Positions 10,935 to 25,177 are shown, counted from the stretch's first letter. The stretch is DNA of 64,000 nucleotides from Felis catus (GCF_018350175.1 NC_058368.1:236842001-236906000), one strand, 5' to 3'. The notes: generated from the letters alone by a model not told the origin. Made by a program: numbers and translations.

Positions 10935-13900
10935 TCTTCACATTCTATGGACAGCTGTCACGAGTTTCAGGGAGCCAACCACAACCTGTTGTTTGTGGCT
11001 CAAGGCATGCCACGGCCACGCACTGTGCCGGCACAAGGCGGAAGGGGGGTGAGAAGCAGATTTAGGCCCCGATTTTTGAAAACGTTGTGCGAGGGGCCCC
11101 GATTTTAGGGATCGAAGGAGGAAGCCGTTCAGTCGATCAACTGAGGAGAAGGCAGGATGGCCTGTCGCTTGAACCAGACTTTGAGAGCTGACTTGGACCG
11201 GGAGAGGTCAAGAATATGAGCAGAGGGTGTCCCTGCACTGGCATTGACACGAGGGGGGCCCGGATGCATGTTGGGGAGCCCACTGCGGGGCCGTCCTCAG
11301 GGATGCCGAGGGGAGCAGAACGGACGACAGCCTGGAGCAGAGAGTGTGGGCTTCGTCCCTGGGCCATGAGGAGGTGTCACCGGTGTCTGAGCAGGTTGGG
11401 ACAGAGCAGGTGTGTCCCTGCTTGGAATATCAAGAGAGGATTTGGGTCAGAGCTGCCGGACTAGATCGTGACGGCAGAGGTGACTGTGTGCACCTGCTGA
11501 AGTCCTGGTGGGAGGGAGCCAGGAGGGCCCTATCCAGCCCTCCGGGCACCACTGTGCGCAGCTGAGGACCGGGCCGGCCTCCCGCCACCTTGTTCCTGGG
11601 GAGTTTGCTCTGGAGCACCGGGGACAGTAAGAGGAGGCCGGCATGTGGGCGCTCGGGGCCCTGTGTCCTTGTCCGCTAGGCAGAAAGCTCTGCTTCCCTC
11701 CTCTGACGTTCTGCTTCCAGATAAGATTTTGCTGGAACACAGCGTTTTGTGTCTAACCATGAATCTGAAGAATCACAGAAGTACGTGACTGTCAGGGTTC
11801 TGATTCGATTACCTTCAAAGGATTTGATGGTGCGGCAACCTCCAGCTGTTCGTGAAACGTGGCCCATTAACCCAGCCTCGTGGGTCAGATTCAGCGGCTT
11901 TTCCACCCATGGCCAGAACACAGAGTCGCATCCCTTTTGACACAACGGTGGAGCGTTTGCTGGACGTCTTATGATGTATGAAATGTTAAATTAAACAGAA
12001 ATCTGGAATGACACCCACGTAAGGAGGGAATGCTTCAGACGGGGCGGTTGCCATGATGATTATCAATACAGATGAAGGAAGGTACTCGTAAGCCTCCCCT
12101 TGGCATCAGCAATTCGGGCCAGGACATGAAGGCCGAGGTGATAGTTTCATCATGAGGGAGGGAAGACAGCCACGGCAGCTCTGCCGAGGGCAGCCAATCC
12201 TGCGTCGTATCAGGAGACTCCTGCCTGATGGTGAAGGAGTAGTTGACTATCACGGGGGGAAACGGCGCTTCTAGGCAGACGGCGGTCTTTCCAACTCCGG
12301 CACGTGTGCACGCAGCACGCCCTTGATCGTCACCTGCCGTGCAGCGTTCTCCGTGTCAGCCGGGACGCTGTGTCAGCGGCCCTCGGCACCGTCACTCGGG
12401 AGTGAGCTCGGTCTGCCTCCACCGGTGAACCTGGCTCCATGCGTTCCGAGAAAGACAGGACAGTCCCTCGTCCACGTCCTGCAGCAGCCAGGGAGGACAA
12501 CGGCCCGCGAGGTCGGTCGGAGGAGCCCTGTGTCTGGGCGCACCTACCTGTCCCTGCATGGAGAGCTCTGTCCCCGCACAGAGAAGGAAGCATCCGCTGG
12601 TCACCACCCCTCCCGCCTTGTGCCGGCACAGCGCGTGGCCATGGCGTGCCTTGAGCCACCAACAACAGGCGTTCAGTTGTGGTTGGGTCCCTGAAACTCG
12701 GGCCCTGCGTCCAAGTGACCGGCTTTCTTTCATCATCAAGCCAACCGGCTGAGGAGAAACCCCGTCCTCAAACCTCACTACCTCCCCCCTGAAACCCAAA
12801 TCCGCCTTACCGGAGGAAGCAGGGCACTTCCTGCCCTTCCCCCACCAGCCGGTGTGGCCACCTGTGCACGTGTCTCCTGCTGTGCCCCACTGCCATTCTC
12901 CTGGACCCTGACACGGCTACCCACATACACTTTCAGTGACCTGTCACCTCCGTCTCAGGAAAGTCTCTCAGGTCCAGGCTCTGCCCTCTCCACTTCGGGC
13001 CCGGCCCTTGTCAGCCTGGATCGTCCCCAGGCCTCCGGCGTCATTCGTGTCCCCCATTCTTTTATTCCGGGGTGCACCCAGTCATTTCGCCACTGACTCC
13101 CCTGCCAAGATATCCTCGGGCCCCTCTTGGCTGCAGGGTAAAGAGGTCCGTCCCCTCCGCACATCGTCCGTCAGCCTTCGGGCTTGAAACGTCCCCCCTC
13201 GAGCTGGAGGGGGCTGAGAAGATGTGGCCTATGCTCCCGTCGCCTGGAAAAGTCTGTACTAACGCAGTTTTTCCATTAGAAGAGAGAGTGTGCTCCCCGT
13301 GAAATATTGGATCTGGCCTTGCTCTCGGGTCATCGCGTGTTCACTCCCATCGCCTCTACCTTCCAACCCACGGTCCGAGCCCAGAACCGTCTCCCCGTCC
13401 GGCCCATCTTTCATTCTTCGTGCTCACAATCCAGTGGAAAGCCCATCCATTATCCTAGAATTCCAGAGATTCACAGTCCCTTGGAAAGCATCTTCAACTT
13501 CGTGGCCCTTGCCTAGACATCTTTTGATTCATTAGGTGTGGGGCCGTGTCCAACTTATGACTTGTAAGCAAGCACGGAGGTGACGGGGGCTTAGTTGATT
13601 GGAAAAACACATTTCGTAAAAACACGTCCGAGATCTACACCCAGTTTGACCCTTCAGACCCAACACACTTCACTGTGTCCTCCCGTGGACCCCAAATCGC
13701 GCTTGAATGCCTCACCCTGGCACCTACCTTCCCTGGCACCGCCCCTCTGCAAGCACCTTCTGTTTCTGTCTTCACTCTGCCCTTGTCTTCTTCGCCCACC
13801 TGCCAACCTCCCTCCTCCCGCGGGCTCTGTCCTGCCACTCACCCCCGTGTAGGCATCCTTCCTGGAAAAGTCCCGGACACCTGCGTTCTTGCCCGGGGGC

Positions 13901-14114
13901 CCCTGAATCTGCGTCTCATCTCAATCTCAGCCATGAGTCACAGACCCAGATCTTCATCTGCGTTTGACTCCTCTCTTGCGGACAACCCACAGAGGCACTG
14001 CCACTCTCCACGTCCCCGAGATCCCCGTGAAGGGTGGGTCTCCGTCAGGCACGGAGTAGCCGGGACCGCACGGCCGGCCTCTGCCTCCTTCGGTTGCTTT
14101 CCCTCACTTCTGTC

Positions 14115-14250
14115 TTGTTCAACAACCGTCTGTTGCACCATCATTCGTTGAGCACCCACGATGCTCCTGGCAGGAGGCAGCCCCGGGACACAACGGTAAA
14201 CAGAGCAGGAAAGGTGCGTGTGGCCCTGCCCTCACGGAGGCGTCAGAAAT
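14115..14250 (-). mobile_element. L2 3' end fragment; further degenerate L2 is likely at 12.8-14.1 kb
   Basis: cattcgttgagcacccac...gggacacaacggtaaacagagcag...ccctgccctcacggag resembles the reverse complement of the L2 3' end. Confidence 0.6.
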
Positions 14251-14764
14251 AGGAGACTTCGCAGATGCCTCTTCCTCCCATCCCACGAGGGAGGGGTCAA
14301 AGGTCAGGAGCCTCTCAGTGCCTCTCTGGCCACCACGTTCCATTGCCTACAGACTGGAGAGCAGCTGATACGGTCACCCTTTAAGAACTCTCCGACTTTG
14401 GCATCGTCAACATCTTCAACAGACTGGATCGTCGTCACGGTTTCCTAGGCGATCTCCCTGCCTTCGCTCTGGCTCCGTTTTGACGCGCCTCCCTTTCTGC
14501 GGCAGGTGACCTTTCTCCGTCACCAACGGACCGCTCTACTCTCCTCGGGTCATGGTCACGGGGGCGGCCCGCTGCCTACCTGCCGTGCACGGCACAAAGG
14601 CTTCCGAGGGGTTAGTTTGGCTCCCGGTTCCCTTTCTGACCCAGCCTCAGCCCTGCCCGGAAGCCGTGACTTTCCAGCTTCCTTGTCCTTGTACGGGAGC
14701 TCGTGACACACGCTCCCCGTCTCCTCGCCTTCCCCTTTTGCCCGCCAGACCCACTGCTACGGAT

Positions 14765-15225
14765 ATTAATGGGTTTTTACTTCTTCGTGACAGCGGCAAT
14801 ACGTACATATTCTTGTCATTAAACATTTCAAATAAAACTAAAACATCCCTCGACACACCCGTCTCCTACCTCACGCCGTCAAGTATCTATTCTACTCCCG
14901 AAAGCAGCCGACATGCCTTTCACGCTCAGTCTCCCTGTTCCTTTTCCCGCCCTAACACAGGTGGCTGTGTGCACTCGCAGACAGATGTGTGCGCACACAC
15001 ACATACATGAGTGTGCGCAGCTGTGCGTGTGTTTGCACAAGTGACCCCCACCCCCACCCCCTTGACAGACTGTCTGCGACTCAGTTTCCTTTAATGCTGC
15101 TCTGCCACTCGGCGCATGGAGATCCTGTTTTAAAAACTGTTGCTTGGGATCCCAGGGTGTGCGTGTGCCATATTTTATTTAATTATCTCTCAATTAAAGG
15201 GCATTTGAACGGTTTCTAATTAGTC
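14765..15225 (-). mobile_element. Ancient L1 (L1MC/L1ME-type) 3' fragment
   Basis: gtgtgccatattttatttaattatctctcaattaaagggcatttgaacggtttcta resembles the reverse complement of an old L1M 3' region. Confidence 0.5.
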
Positions 15226-17844
15226 ACGAGGCCGCATGGTGCTGCGGGAGGAGGCTCGGCCATTCATCTTGGCGTCCCCGGGGTGGGGGTGGGGGGGCTT
15301 CTCCAGGCTGCAGGCACTTGCACATCTGGCTGTTAGGCTGCCCCTGAGGACAGAGTCCGTGTCTCGTTCCCGACTGTGACAGGGAGCCCACCTGACGCCG
15401 GTGGGTGAGTCTCCCGGGGCTGGCGGAGGGGGCCTTCTGGTGTGGCAGCTGTGGGCCCGGGGGAGACGGGGACGTCTGCCCTAGCCCCTGCTGGGCTTCT
15501 CTGCTCCTGCCGGTGACTGTGTCACCTTTGGGTGGGACAGGCAGAAGCACAAAGGGTGCTGCAGACAGGGGCACCCCTGGGGGGCAACCCGCCCCGCAAG
15601 GAGAAGTGGGGGCAGGCGGGGTGCCCGTGTAGGCAGAGGTGGGTCCGAGAAACACAGGACGCCTAGTGGCGTGGGTCTCTGGGCCAGCCCCCGCCCGCCC
15701 CCCGGGGCCATGGGTGAACACCGAGGTCCACTGGACCCAGCCCACGAGGTGGGCGATCTGGGACGCACTGAATGCCCTGAACCCCTGGAGGCTGTGAGTC
15801 CAGCAGGGGGCCAGCGGCCTGGCCACCAGGGCCCGCCTCGGGGTGCTCTGTTGGGGGGGGGGCACGGCAGGGACAGCACCAGGACCGGGAGGGCAGAGGG
15901 TGGCCGGCAGACCCACCGGCCCGGCGCCCCCATCCCTGCAGCCCTCACTGTGTGTGCTGTGCTGTGGGAGCTCCGCGAGCCCCTGGGGGCGGAAGGACCA
16001 CAAAGGTCACTTCTCACTGTGGCCAGTTGCCAGCACGCTGTTTTCCAGAAGCCACTTCTTCTGGTTATTCGCTTCAGAAGCAGGTTCTGGATCTAATTCC
16101 AACGTTGCCATTCTTCCCAGACCTTCGCCGGAGGCTGCGCCTAAAACACAAAGGCCGGACTTGGCATCGGACCTCTGCCCCCTTGTTTCGCTTCAATTTC
16201 GCGGAGCTGTTATGATTCCTCCTGCCCTTGCGTTTATGGCCAAGCGGGCGGGTGTGCTTTTGTCTCATAAACTGACAAGGAGTCTGTTGCTGAGGGGGGT
16301 ATTCTGACGGCGAATTCACCCAAGTCATTCAGTGAGAATTCTACCTGTGTCTTCAGGACAGGCGTCCTCTGTTGAATGTGTGTCTCCACCTGCTGAGTGA
16401 CCAGCGGGTCGAGGGGGGTGGGGGGGTACGGGAAAGAATTAACGGCCTTCAGAGCCCAGGGCCACACCTTTGAAAGGTCAGTTCGGGGGCAAAATGATGT
16501 CGTGGCCACAGAGTCGACTTCAGAAAACGTAGTTACGGAGCACAGCGCTGTTCGTGGGCTTGCTTGATGACATGATGCCTCCAAGTGACCGTGTCCCCTA
16601 CCTTAGGGAGACCAGGGAGGGCTCGCGACGGAGCAGACGGGCTGGTGACTTAGGGGGAGACCTGACAGCCTGCAGGAGCTCTGCACCGAGCCAGCTGGCG
16701 GGCACGGCTGGGCCCAGACACTCACCATCGTCCTGCCCGGTCTCTCCCTCTGACAGGGCTGACCCCATGGAGGTCCCGGGGTCCTCTGAGCCCCCCACGG
16801 CCTCGGAAGTTAAACCACTGGATAATTCAGGTGCATCACGGGACCTGAACCTTCAAGCCGAACCCTGAAGAGGGCGAGATATTTATGACTTTAATCCCAG
16901 CTTCTTTGTGGTCGGCACATTGCTCTCCTGAACTTTTATTTGGGGATTCATGGAACGTTCTGGAATTTTTCCCTCACATTCAGTAGTTACCTAAGATTTT
17001 CATTGTCTTTGTTTTTTTGCTCATTATTAATAAACAGCGAAGCCAGAAGACGACGCGGCTTCTGCTTGGACTTCTCCCATTGGCTGCGAACCGGCGTTCG
17101 GGAGAAGAGGACAGCACGGCCCTCGTCAGGGGGCAGCGACCCTCAACCGCGAATTCTGGAAATTAGATGGCGTGTCCTCACCATGCTGGAAACCCAAGTG
17201 GAAACCTTGTGCTCAGCTGGGCAGTGGACAAAATAACCAGGGACTTCACAGAACACGGAAAATAATGCGAAGGAAGATTTTTTTACGTTACCTTCATGTG
17301 TGTTGAGAACGTAAGACCTCGATGACTTACCGCCGGATTTCTGGCCCCAGTTTTGCACGCAAGACATCAAGGCACGCGGCTTTTTCCTTAAGCAGGGTTA
17401 CACAACAGCCTGAAAGACTAAAAGGCTACTGCTGTGCAAACATCCCTTGAGTGGCAACCACGAGCCAGACGTGGGGCTGGGCCAGGAGTTCAGGCTTCAG
17501 GAGCCTCACAGGCGGGAACGTGAGGCTGGAACAGCCCGTGTGCTGCCATGGAGGCCGTCTGAATGCCCCGAGATAAGGCCCGGCCTGTCTGGTGCCTCTC
17601 ATTCAGCGCTTACCCAGGGTCACCCAGGAGAGGGTCTCAGAGACACGACGAGTTCTGTGAGTGTCAGCAAGGCCCCTGGCCTTCCCGGGTGTCCCGGGCA
17701 GCCCCGTGGGGACAGCCAGGGCTTGGGCGCCACTCTGCCTCCGCCAGAAGCCCGGGAGGGTGAGGAGTCCAGAGCTGAAGGAACCAGCTCCTTCGCGCTC
17801 GGTCCTCAGCGGCAGGGGCCGTGACACCTCGGAAGGGGCTCCCG

Positions 17845-18270
17845 GGGGGGCTAGGGCTTGCCGTCACAGAACACCCCTCCCAGGGCAGCTTCAGAGCTGC
17901 TGTCTCACGGCTCTGGAGGTGGACATCAAGGGGTGGCAGGGACACGGTCCCTCCAGAGGCTCTGGGGGAAGCCCTTCGTGCCTCTCCCAGCTAGTAGCGG
18001 CCCCCGGGTATCCTGGACTTCCGAACCACGGCCCCCACCGTCGCCCGGCCTTCTCCTCTGTGTCTGTGGCTCCCTTCCTGTGTTTTTTGTTTATAAGTGC
18101 ACTTGTCGCTGGGTTCAGAGGCCATCCCGATAACCCAGAATGATCTCTTCACATCAAGACCCTTAAATCAGTTACACCCGCAAACACCTTCCCTCCAGAG
18201 GAGGCCACATTCCCAGCTTCTGGATGAAACGGTGGACAGACTTTTGGTGGCCGCCATTCAGCCTATGACA
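17845..18270 (-). mobile_element. MaLR solo LTR (MLT1C/E-like)
   Basis: tctcacggctctggagg, ccctccagaggctctgggggaagccctt, gataacccagaatgatctcttcacatcaagacccttaa and terminal cattcagcctatgaca. Confidence 0.8.
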
Positions 18271-18489
18271 GGGCCTCACCCCTGGTTCCTCTAGGTCTCG
18301 GCGGAGGAAGTCCGGTGCAAACTCACGGTGAGTGGGTCCACAAGGACGGGAGGCTCGGCCCCGTGGGGACCTGTGGAGACCGCAGCCTGGGGTCATCTTG
18401 GGGAGGGGCAGATGGAGCTACATGGAGTGCCTGGGCTTCTTCATGATGACGCGAACACAGTCTAAGACAGGCCTTAGAAATGCGGCCAT

Positions 18490-18708
18490 GGGGGCAGCTG
18501 AGTGGCTCAGTCGGTTGAGCGTCCGACTTCCGCTCGGGTCACCATCTCACGGTTTACGAGTTCGAGCCCCTCGTCGGGCTCTGTGCTGACGGCTCGGAGG
18601 CTGGAGCCTGTTTCGGATTCTGTGTCTCCCTCTCTCTCTGCTCCTTCCCCACTCACACCCTGTCTCTCTCTCTCTCTCAAAAATAAATAAACATTACTAA
18701 ACAATGAA
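18490..18708 (+). mobile_element. Can-SINE (SINEC_Fc-like)
   Basis: Typical head, body, CT tract and tail; degenerate TSD agaaatgcggccatg / agaaaggcagcgatg. Confidence 0.95.
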
Positions 18709-19168
18709 AGAAAGGCAGCGATGGTCCCAGCTCCAGGCAAGAACCACGGGACAGGCTCCGGGGCACCCTGAGCACCACATGCCTGGGCACCTGTTCCCTC
18801 GGTCCTGTCCTGTCATGTCACTGCCCGCCCCACACAGCAGCACTTCCTCCTGGTTTTCCAAATATTCCAGCCTCACTGAGGTCCTGCAGGGAATGTTTTG
18901 TTTTCACTCCTCACATACCTGCCATGGTTTTATGGAGCTGAACCGCATTCCCTCCTTTCCAAACTCAGCAGCAACTTGTTTTTATCTCTGTGTGTCATCC
19001 TAGACATCAACGCTCCGACCACCGAAGCAAGAGGCCACAATCTGAGAACCGGTGCCGTGCCCACCTGAGTCACAGGCGACCAAAGTACAGAAGGTGAACC
19101 CCTCGGGCTTTAACGTCCTCTCATCAGGGACACAAGAAAGGGGTGGGCCTTTCAAGCCACTTCAGTTG

Positions 19169-19662
19169 GATGAATGGATAAAGAAGCTGTGGTCTGGTAT
19201 ACACACAATGGAATACTACTCAGCGATGAAAAAGAACGAAGTCTTTTGCAGCGACGTGGATGGAACTGGAAGGTATTGTGCTGAGTGAAATAAGTCAGGC
19301 AGAGAAAGACAGATATCATGTTTTCACTCATATGTGGATCTTGAGAAACTTAACAGAAGACCATGGGGGAGGGGAAGGGGAAAAATAATTACAAACAGAG
19401 ACGGAAGGAGGGAAACCATAAGAGACTCTTAAATACGGAGAACAAACTGAGGGTTGATGGGGGAGAAGGGTGAGGGGAAAGTGGGGGATGGGCATAGAGG
19501 AGGGCACCTGTTGGGACGAGCACTGGGTGTTGTATGGAAGCAATGAATCACGGGAATCTACCCCCAAAACCAAGAGCACACTGGATACGCTGTATGTTAG
19601 CCAACTTGGCAATAAATTATATAAAATAAAATAAAATAGAATAAAATAAAATAAAATAAAAT
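19169..19662 (+). mobile_element. 5'-truncated carnivore L1 (end of ORF2, 3' UTR and (ATAAA)n tail)
   Basis: Translates to DEWIKKLW..IHTMEYYSAMKKNE (L1 ORF2 C-terminus); carnivore-type 3' UTR; TSD agccacttcagttg / agtcatttcagttg. Confidence 0.95.
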
Positions 19663-19701
19663 AGTCATTTCAGTTGCTGTGGCCGGGTATGGACCTCGTC
19701 T

Positions 19702-19907
19702 CTCTGTTTTTTTAAGTTTATTCATTTATTTTGAGAGAGAATGAGAGCGGGGGAGGGGCCGAAGGAGGGGGGTAGAGAGAGAGAATCCCAAGCAGGCCCC
19801 GCACTCTCAGCACAGAGCCCGACACGAGGCTCGATCCCAGGCACCGTGAGATCCTGGTCTGAGCCAAAGCCAAGAGTGGGGTGCTCACCCCGAGCCCCCA
19901 GACGCCC
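19702..19907 (-). mobile_element. Can-SINE (older subfamily)
   Basis: T tail, GA tract, gaatcccaagcagg and accgtgagatc; TSD gggtatggacc / gggtgtggacc. Confidence 0.9.
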
Positions 19908-20604
19908 GGGTGTGGACCCCTTCTGAACTTTTCCGCAGTTAATTACGCCGTGAGCATCTCAGGCGGCTTGCTTGGGATGCTCGGGAGCACGATGCGGTCA
20001 CTCCCAGCCTCCCGCCCCATCAGGTGCCTCAAGCTGTGCTACAGGAAAGTGAGAGGCTGCGCGCAGGGCGACAGCGGTCTACACTGAGATGCACGTGCGG
20101 GCTGAGCTCAGAGCACTTGACCAGGACCAGACAGGCCGTGTCCTGTGACCTCCCACAAGCCACGCACACAGCGGGACCCGGAGACGGGCTGGCAACCTCC
20201 TCCCACCTCCCCGCTCCTGTTGTCAGGAAGGCTCTGTCCACGCGGGGCCCGAAGACCCCTCTCTGCATTTTCACCCGGCCGCTTCCCCAGCGGGAGACGG
20301 GAGAACATTCTCCCACAGGGGGGCAGCCAAACCCCCCTCAGTCAGCTGCCTGTGCACCAGCCAGGACCTGGGAGACGGGGGCTGAGTCACGTTATTACGA
20401 AGTGAAAGGTGCGATGACAGGTGCCGTCCCCTGCTCCCGGATGCTCCTCACACCAGACCCCTGCCTGTTTGCCAGTGACTTCACTGTCCAGTTGCCTTCG
20501 ACTCCTATGGACTCAGGTCTCCCTCATGAACCCCTCCCTGAATACTGAATCTCCGTCGCGATGTTGATGGGAGTCTACTTTCTACCTGGTTACTTGTAGA
20601 AGTG

Positions 20605-20965
20605 TGAGTGCATCAGTTCGGGCACATTCAGTTACAAACAACAAAGTACTGTTGTCCCACAGAGGAAGCTCAGAGGCGCGCAGTTCAGAGTTTGGGGTGA
20701 TGGCTCCTGGCATCATCAATGCCGGGCTCTGTTACTGCCCTCCTCCATCACCCACTGGTGTTGTCTCATGGCCTCAGTGTGGCTGCCACAGCTCCAAGCA
20801 TCACATCCTTACTCAAACACGTTCAAATAGAGACAAACACAGGCAAAAGAAAAGGGATTTACTTAGATCTAAAAGAATGGTCATTCTCAGGAAGCCCCTG
20901 GCAGAGTTTCCATATGCTCCATGGCAGGTCTGGTCAATGGCCAGACCAGATACGTAGGAAGTTGG
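20605..20965 (-). mobile_element. Old MaLR LTR (MLT1J/K/L-like)
   Basis: tggctgccacagctccaagcatcacatcc and caggaagcccctggcagagtttcc...atggc motifs typical of old MLT1 LTRs. Confidence 0.55.
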
Positions 20966-23020
20966 ATCATCGAGCCATTTGGCAGAAGGAGTGAGTTGTC
21001 CTCAGCAGCTTGGTCTTCCCGCCTTGGCTGTGGGGCTGGGCGTATTCCTGCCCCTGGTGGCCCTTCACCTCTGCTCACACATTTCCAGCCTCTACTGCTG
21101 GGAACAGGGTGGGTGGCTCTACCTCACCCCTGTGAGGCTGGGCGTGGCCGTGTGGCCTCTGGCTCAGTGAAGTATGAACCGAGGAACACGTGTCACGCCC
21201 CAGAACATCCCCAAGGGCGGGTGTCTGATGTGGGTGCCGAGCCGAAGCCTCCACTAGCCTGCACCCCTCGGTTAGGAGGGTGAACAGTGGCCCCGTGTTG
21301 TCCGTGAGGGACACGTGATGGACACGAGAAAGAAACCTCCCCTGCGCGAGCTCACTGCGCGCCTGGAACTGTGGGCACCCCTCGCTCAGTACCATCCCTG
21401 ACTCGTGACATCGGCGCACCTCCGACAAGGGGCTGCGGTGGGCATCGCGGGGTGGCCTGCCAGCGTCCTCCCTCCCCCCCACCCCCGGCGCTCGGGCTTG
21501 CCCCCCTCTGTCAGGCCTTATCCTCGTGTAACCCCTGGGGCACAATCGCTACTCCTCGCGTGGCTTTTGCATTTAAGTAAGATCTCCTTTTCCGTACCTA
21601 TCACTCACTTGTAAGGGGATAGATGGGAGTGTGCAAATGGAGCGCAGAAGAACTGGAAAGGGAGGTAGGAGGGTCTGACGGAGCATCTCCCCGGGTGAGG
21701 TCTGCGAGGAAGATGTGTGCGAGTGTGCACGTGTGTGCGTGTGCCCGTGTGTGTGCGTGTGTAACGCAAATGGATTAATTTCAAATGGATTTGGAAGTTC
21801 AGTCTTCAAATGAATACAATCGTGAGCATGTTCGAAAAATAAATAATTGCCTACAAGTTGCCCTGAACACATCAGTCCATTTGCTGAAAGGAGGAAGTGC
21901 CCACGGTTGAAAATCCGTGGCCCCCACGGCCCCCAAATACCGACATTCACCATGTGGGCCGCCAGCCGAGGTCTCTTTGCCCACACACACTGCATACGTC
22001 ACCGCAAGAAAGTCCGCTCACGGCCACTGGTTTTGTGGTCCCCTTGTTTCCTTTTGAAATTATCCTCTTGAAGTCACGACCTGCATTTCTGATGTTAGAG
22101 TGAAAAACAAAAAAAGAAATCCCTGAGGAACCATGCTTCAGGCCAACGTGCCTCCCCCTTCCACATACGTGGTATTATATATATATATTTTTTCCAGCAG
22201 AGGCGACAGGAGGTGCAATGACACCCAGTCACCCATCTTGCAGAATCCCAAATTTGGGGCCACAACAGACTTTTTGGATGTTCGGCTCTTCCAGCCGAAC
22301 TTTGCAATAATGCAGTTTTATGAATGCTGACGTGAAATCTGTTTCCAGATACGGACGAGCAGAGCGGGGCTGGCTGAACAGGTGTGAGATGTGACAGCAG
22401 ACAACCTCCCGGGGAGGGGGAGACACGGGTTCTCTTCTGATCGGCAAGGGGCTCGTCCACCGGTGGGATGTGCTGGACGATTCTCCGTTCACTTATTTAT
22501 TTTGAAAATTGGCACTTTCCTCCAAAAGTGGTTGAATAGGGGAAAAGTATAATCTGTAATGTAGATCTCACTTTGCTAGCGATTTAGATGTTGGCGGCTT
22601 TCTAAAAATAACAGGTAGTGGCTGTGTCAGAACGGGAATGTCTACGTGAGATTCGAGGGTCAGTATCTCTTTTAAAAGTTTGTTTTCTTCGATGATGGAT
22701 CTGGGGGGTGTGTTTACTCTCTGCGGGAAGGGGAGGCTGACGCGGCCGAGAAGCAGGGCGCGGGCTGACAGCGCGAGAGCTGGAGGTTTGACAGGGTAGA
22801 GGGCACCACTTCCGCATGAAGCCACATTCCTTCCTGACACCTGTCTTGGGAGGCGAGGCAGTGGCAAGACAGGCTGATGCCTCGGGCGGGATGTCAATTG
22901 GGCACCCTCTCCCCTTCAATTACCCAGCAGTCGATAAAAAATAAAATAAAGTTTAAAATTTGACATGAGTCACTAAGTTAGTCATCACAAGTTTGCACAG
23001 GATTCAATTTTGCAGCCGTT

Positions 23021-23052
23021 GCCCAGCCCCCACCCCCCCACCCCCGCCGGGA

Positions 23053-23089
<37 letters not shown>

Positions 23090-23108
23090 GCGGGGGGGGG
23101 TGGGGGGG
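23021..23108. repeat. C-tract, (GGGGTC)5 and G-tract (G4/i-motif-prone)
   Basis: Read directly: cccagcccccacccccccacccccgcc, then ggggtc x5 (23055-23084), then long G runs. Confidence 0.85.
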
Positions 23109-25177
23109 AAGGAATTAGACTGCGCACTTTGGGAAGTCAGCAGGCTCATTTCCAGCCGCGGGAGCCATCAGACCAGACTGGCTGGAGGGACGGGACCCAC
23201 CAGGAGGGAGGCTCCACTGCCCAGAGTTTCGCCTTCGGTGGACGAGTCTCACTGCTCCACTCCACACTGCTTCTCTCTCGGCACCGAAGACTTTCCACGG
23301 GACGCAGTGAGGGGCTGCGCGCACAGAATGCCCGGGAGGGGTCCACGCATTAAGCCAGTAGCCAATTAACTTATTCCGCTCAGAAGGCACCTAAGCGGTA
23401 CCCCGATGGCTTGAACGACTAAGTGCCGAGCCCTGTCTGCCTGCCTCCCTGGGCACCGTTTACTGTTCCAAACGTCCCTTTGCGGAAGGACACGTGGGTG
23501 GACCAAACGACTTACTGCCATTGATGTTTGCTTTCCTTTCAGTGAAAAGAACTTAGGCATATTTAAGAAAACGTAGGAAATGAGGAAGAGAGGAACAGTC
23601 TATGGTCACAGAGGCTCTGGTGGACGATGTGTTCTGGGATCACCCTCGGGAGGCGGGCGGGGAGGACTGTCCGGAAGACGCGGGCACCGGCCCGGGGTCT
23701 CCCGGGACGCCAGATAGCAGTGGGTCGTGCGCTCCTCGGCCTGGCTTGCCTGCGACCCGACGGGTGCGCGTGGGGAGCCCCCCTTCCTCGAGGGGTTATG
23801 TCCGAAGGGTCACTCTTTGAGGATAAGAAGGGCTCGGCACCTACGGTCTCAGGAAGCGGACGTCACCCAGTGGGCATGGCTTCCGTCTGAGGTTTCTCTT
23901 GCAGCGTGATAACATCGAGAAATATCCAGAGCTCTGGTGGACATCACAACACAGGTTGTGTTACCCTGACGGCCATTTAACAGAACCTACCGTTTGCTTT
24001 GGTGAAAACGCTTTTCGTGGTCGGTTCCTCTGGGCGTTGAGATGAGGCAAAAACGGGAAAAGTGACTGCGTGTTCTTATGGTTCTGTCACTAGCAGTGCT
24101 TGACGTTTGTGGAGACGTTCTGCCTCGTGTAATCAGTCCTGACCCCACGGGAGGGACGCGGGATGATGTCGGCCTCGCAGGCGGGGAAGGTGGCGTCCTT
24201 CCTGAGCTGAGAAGTGGCTCCACAGACGGACGGCGGGCAAGCGGGCAAGTGGAGGTTCCAGGCCAGGTTGTTCTGCTTTGTATTTTTCGTTCTAATTGCC
24301 ATGGAATTTGACGAACCCTACGGTAAAGGATCTCTCAAAAATAAACCGTCAGATTTGACTTCCAGTGAGACGATGCTTCCTTTGAGCTTTTGGCGACATG
24401 ATGATTTCGTATTCCGATCAACCACTATGTTTTTATGAAAATGTCACGTCGGTAAGCATCGCTTCACCTGCAGGTCTGTGGCACACGATCTCAGCCCTTC
24501 GTAAGGGCTCATGCTCGTCCTGAAGCCAGTCCAGTGAGGTGGGAAGGGGCAGTGAATCTCCCCACGTTGTTTCTTGGAGAAGCGAGAAGGCAGGTGCCCC
24601 TCAGAGATGGATGGCCATGCGGTTCAGAGAAAACGGCCTAAAGAACAATAGTTGTCATCCTGGGCCAGAGTGACAGTAGGGACTGGAGTGAGGTGGGCAG
24701 TGCCCTCATGCATCCTGACCTCTCGTCACTACATGGGGGAACCACCTGGAAGCAGGGCACATCCACCTGGGTCTCTCTTCTTGTCACATCAGAAGCCCCA
24801 GACACCTTGGGCAACAATATTTATGGAAGTCGATTTCTCCTTAGAAACGTGGGCCCAGCCAACGGATGGGTTTCCCTCCCACAGCCAGTTGGAGAATCGT
24901 CTAATAATGCCTGTGTGGCGAAATTTGATCTTAACGTTGGAGACAAAGCAGCTAATAAGCAAGATCCTATTAACGTATGGGTGAGGAGCTGTGTGTCACA
25001 GGCACAGGGACACGAGGCCTTTCCTAGCACGCGGCCTTGTTTGTGGCAGGGTGGGCGAGCGCAGGCGGTCCGGACAGGACTTGGGGCTAACTGCCCTCGG
25101 GTACAGGAGTTCCAGTTTGAGTGACCAGGAGGGTCCCTTGTCATACGAGGTCAGGGACAACTGAGCCACGACATACG

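Noticed and set aside
15224..16307. 259-aa ORF and overlapping ORFs
   Set aside because: GC-rich, low-information translations with no recognisable protein family.
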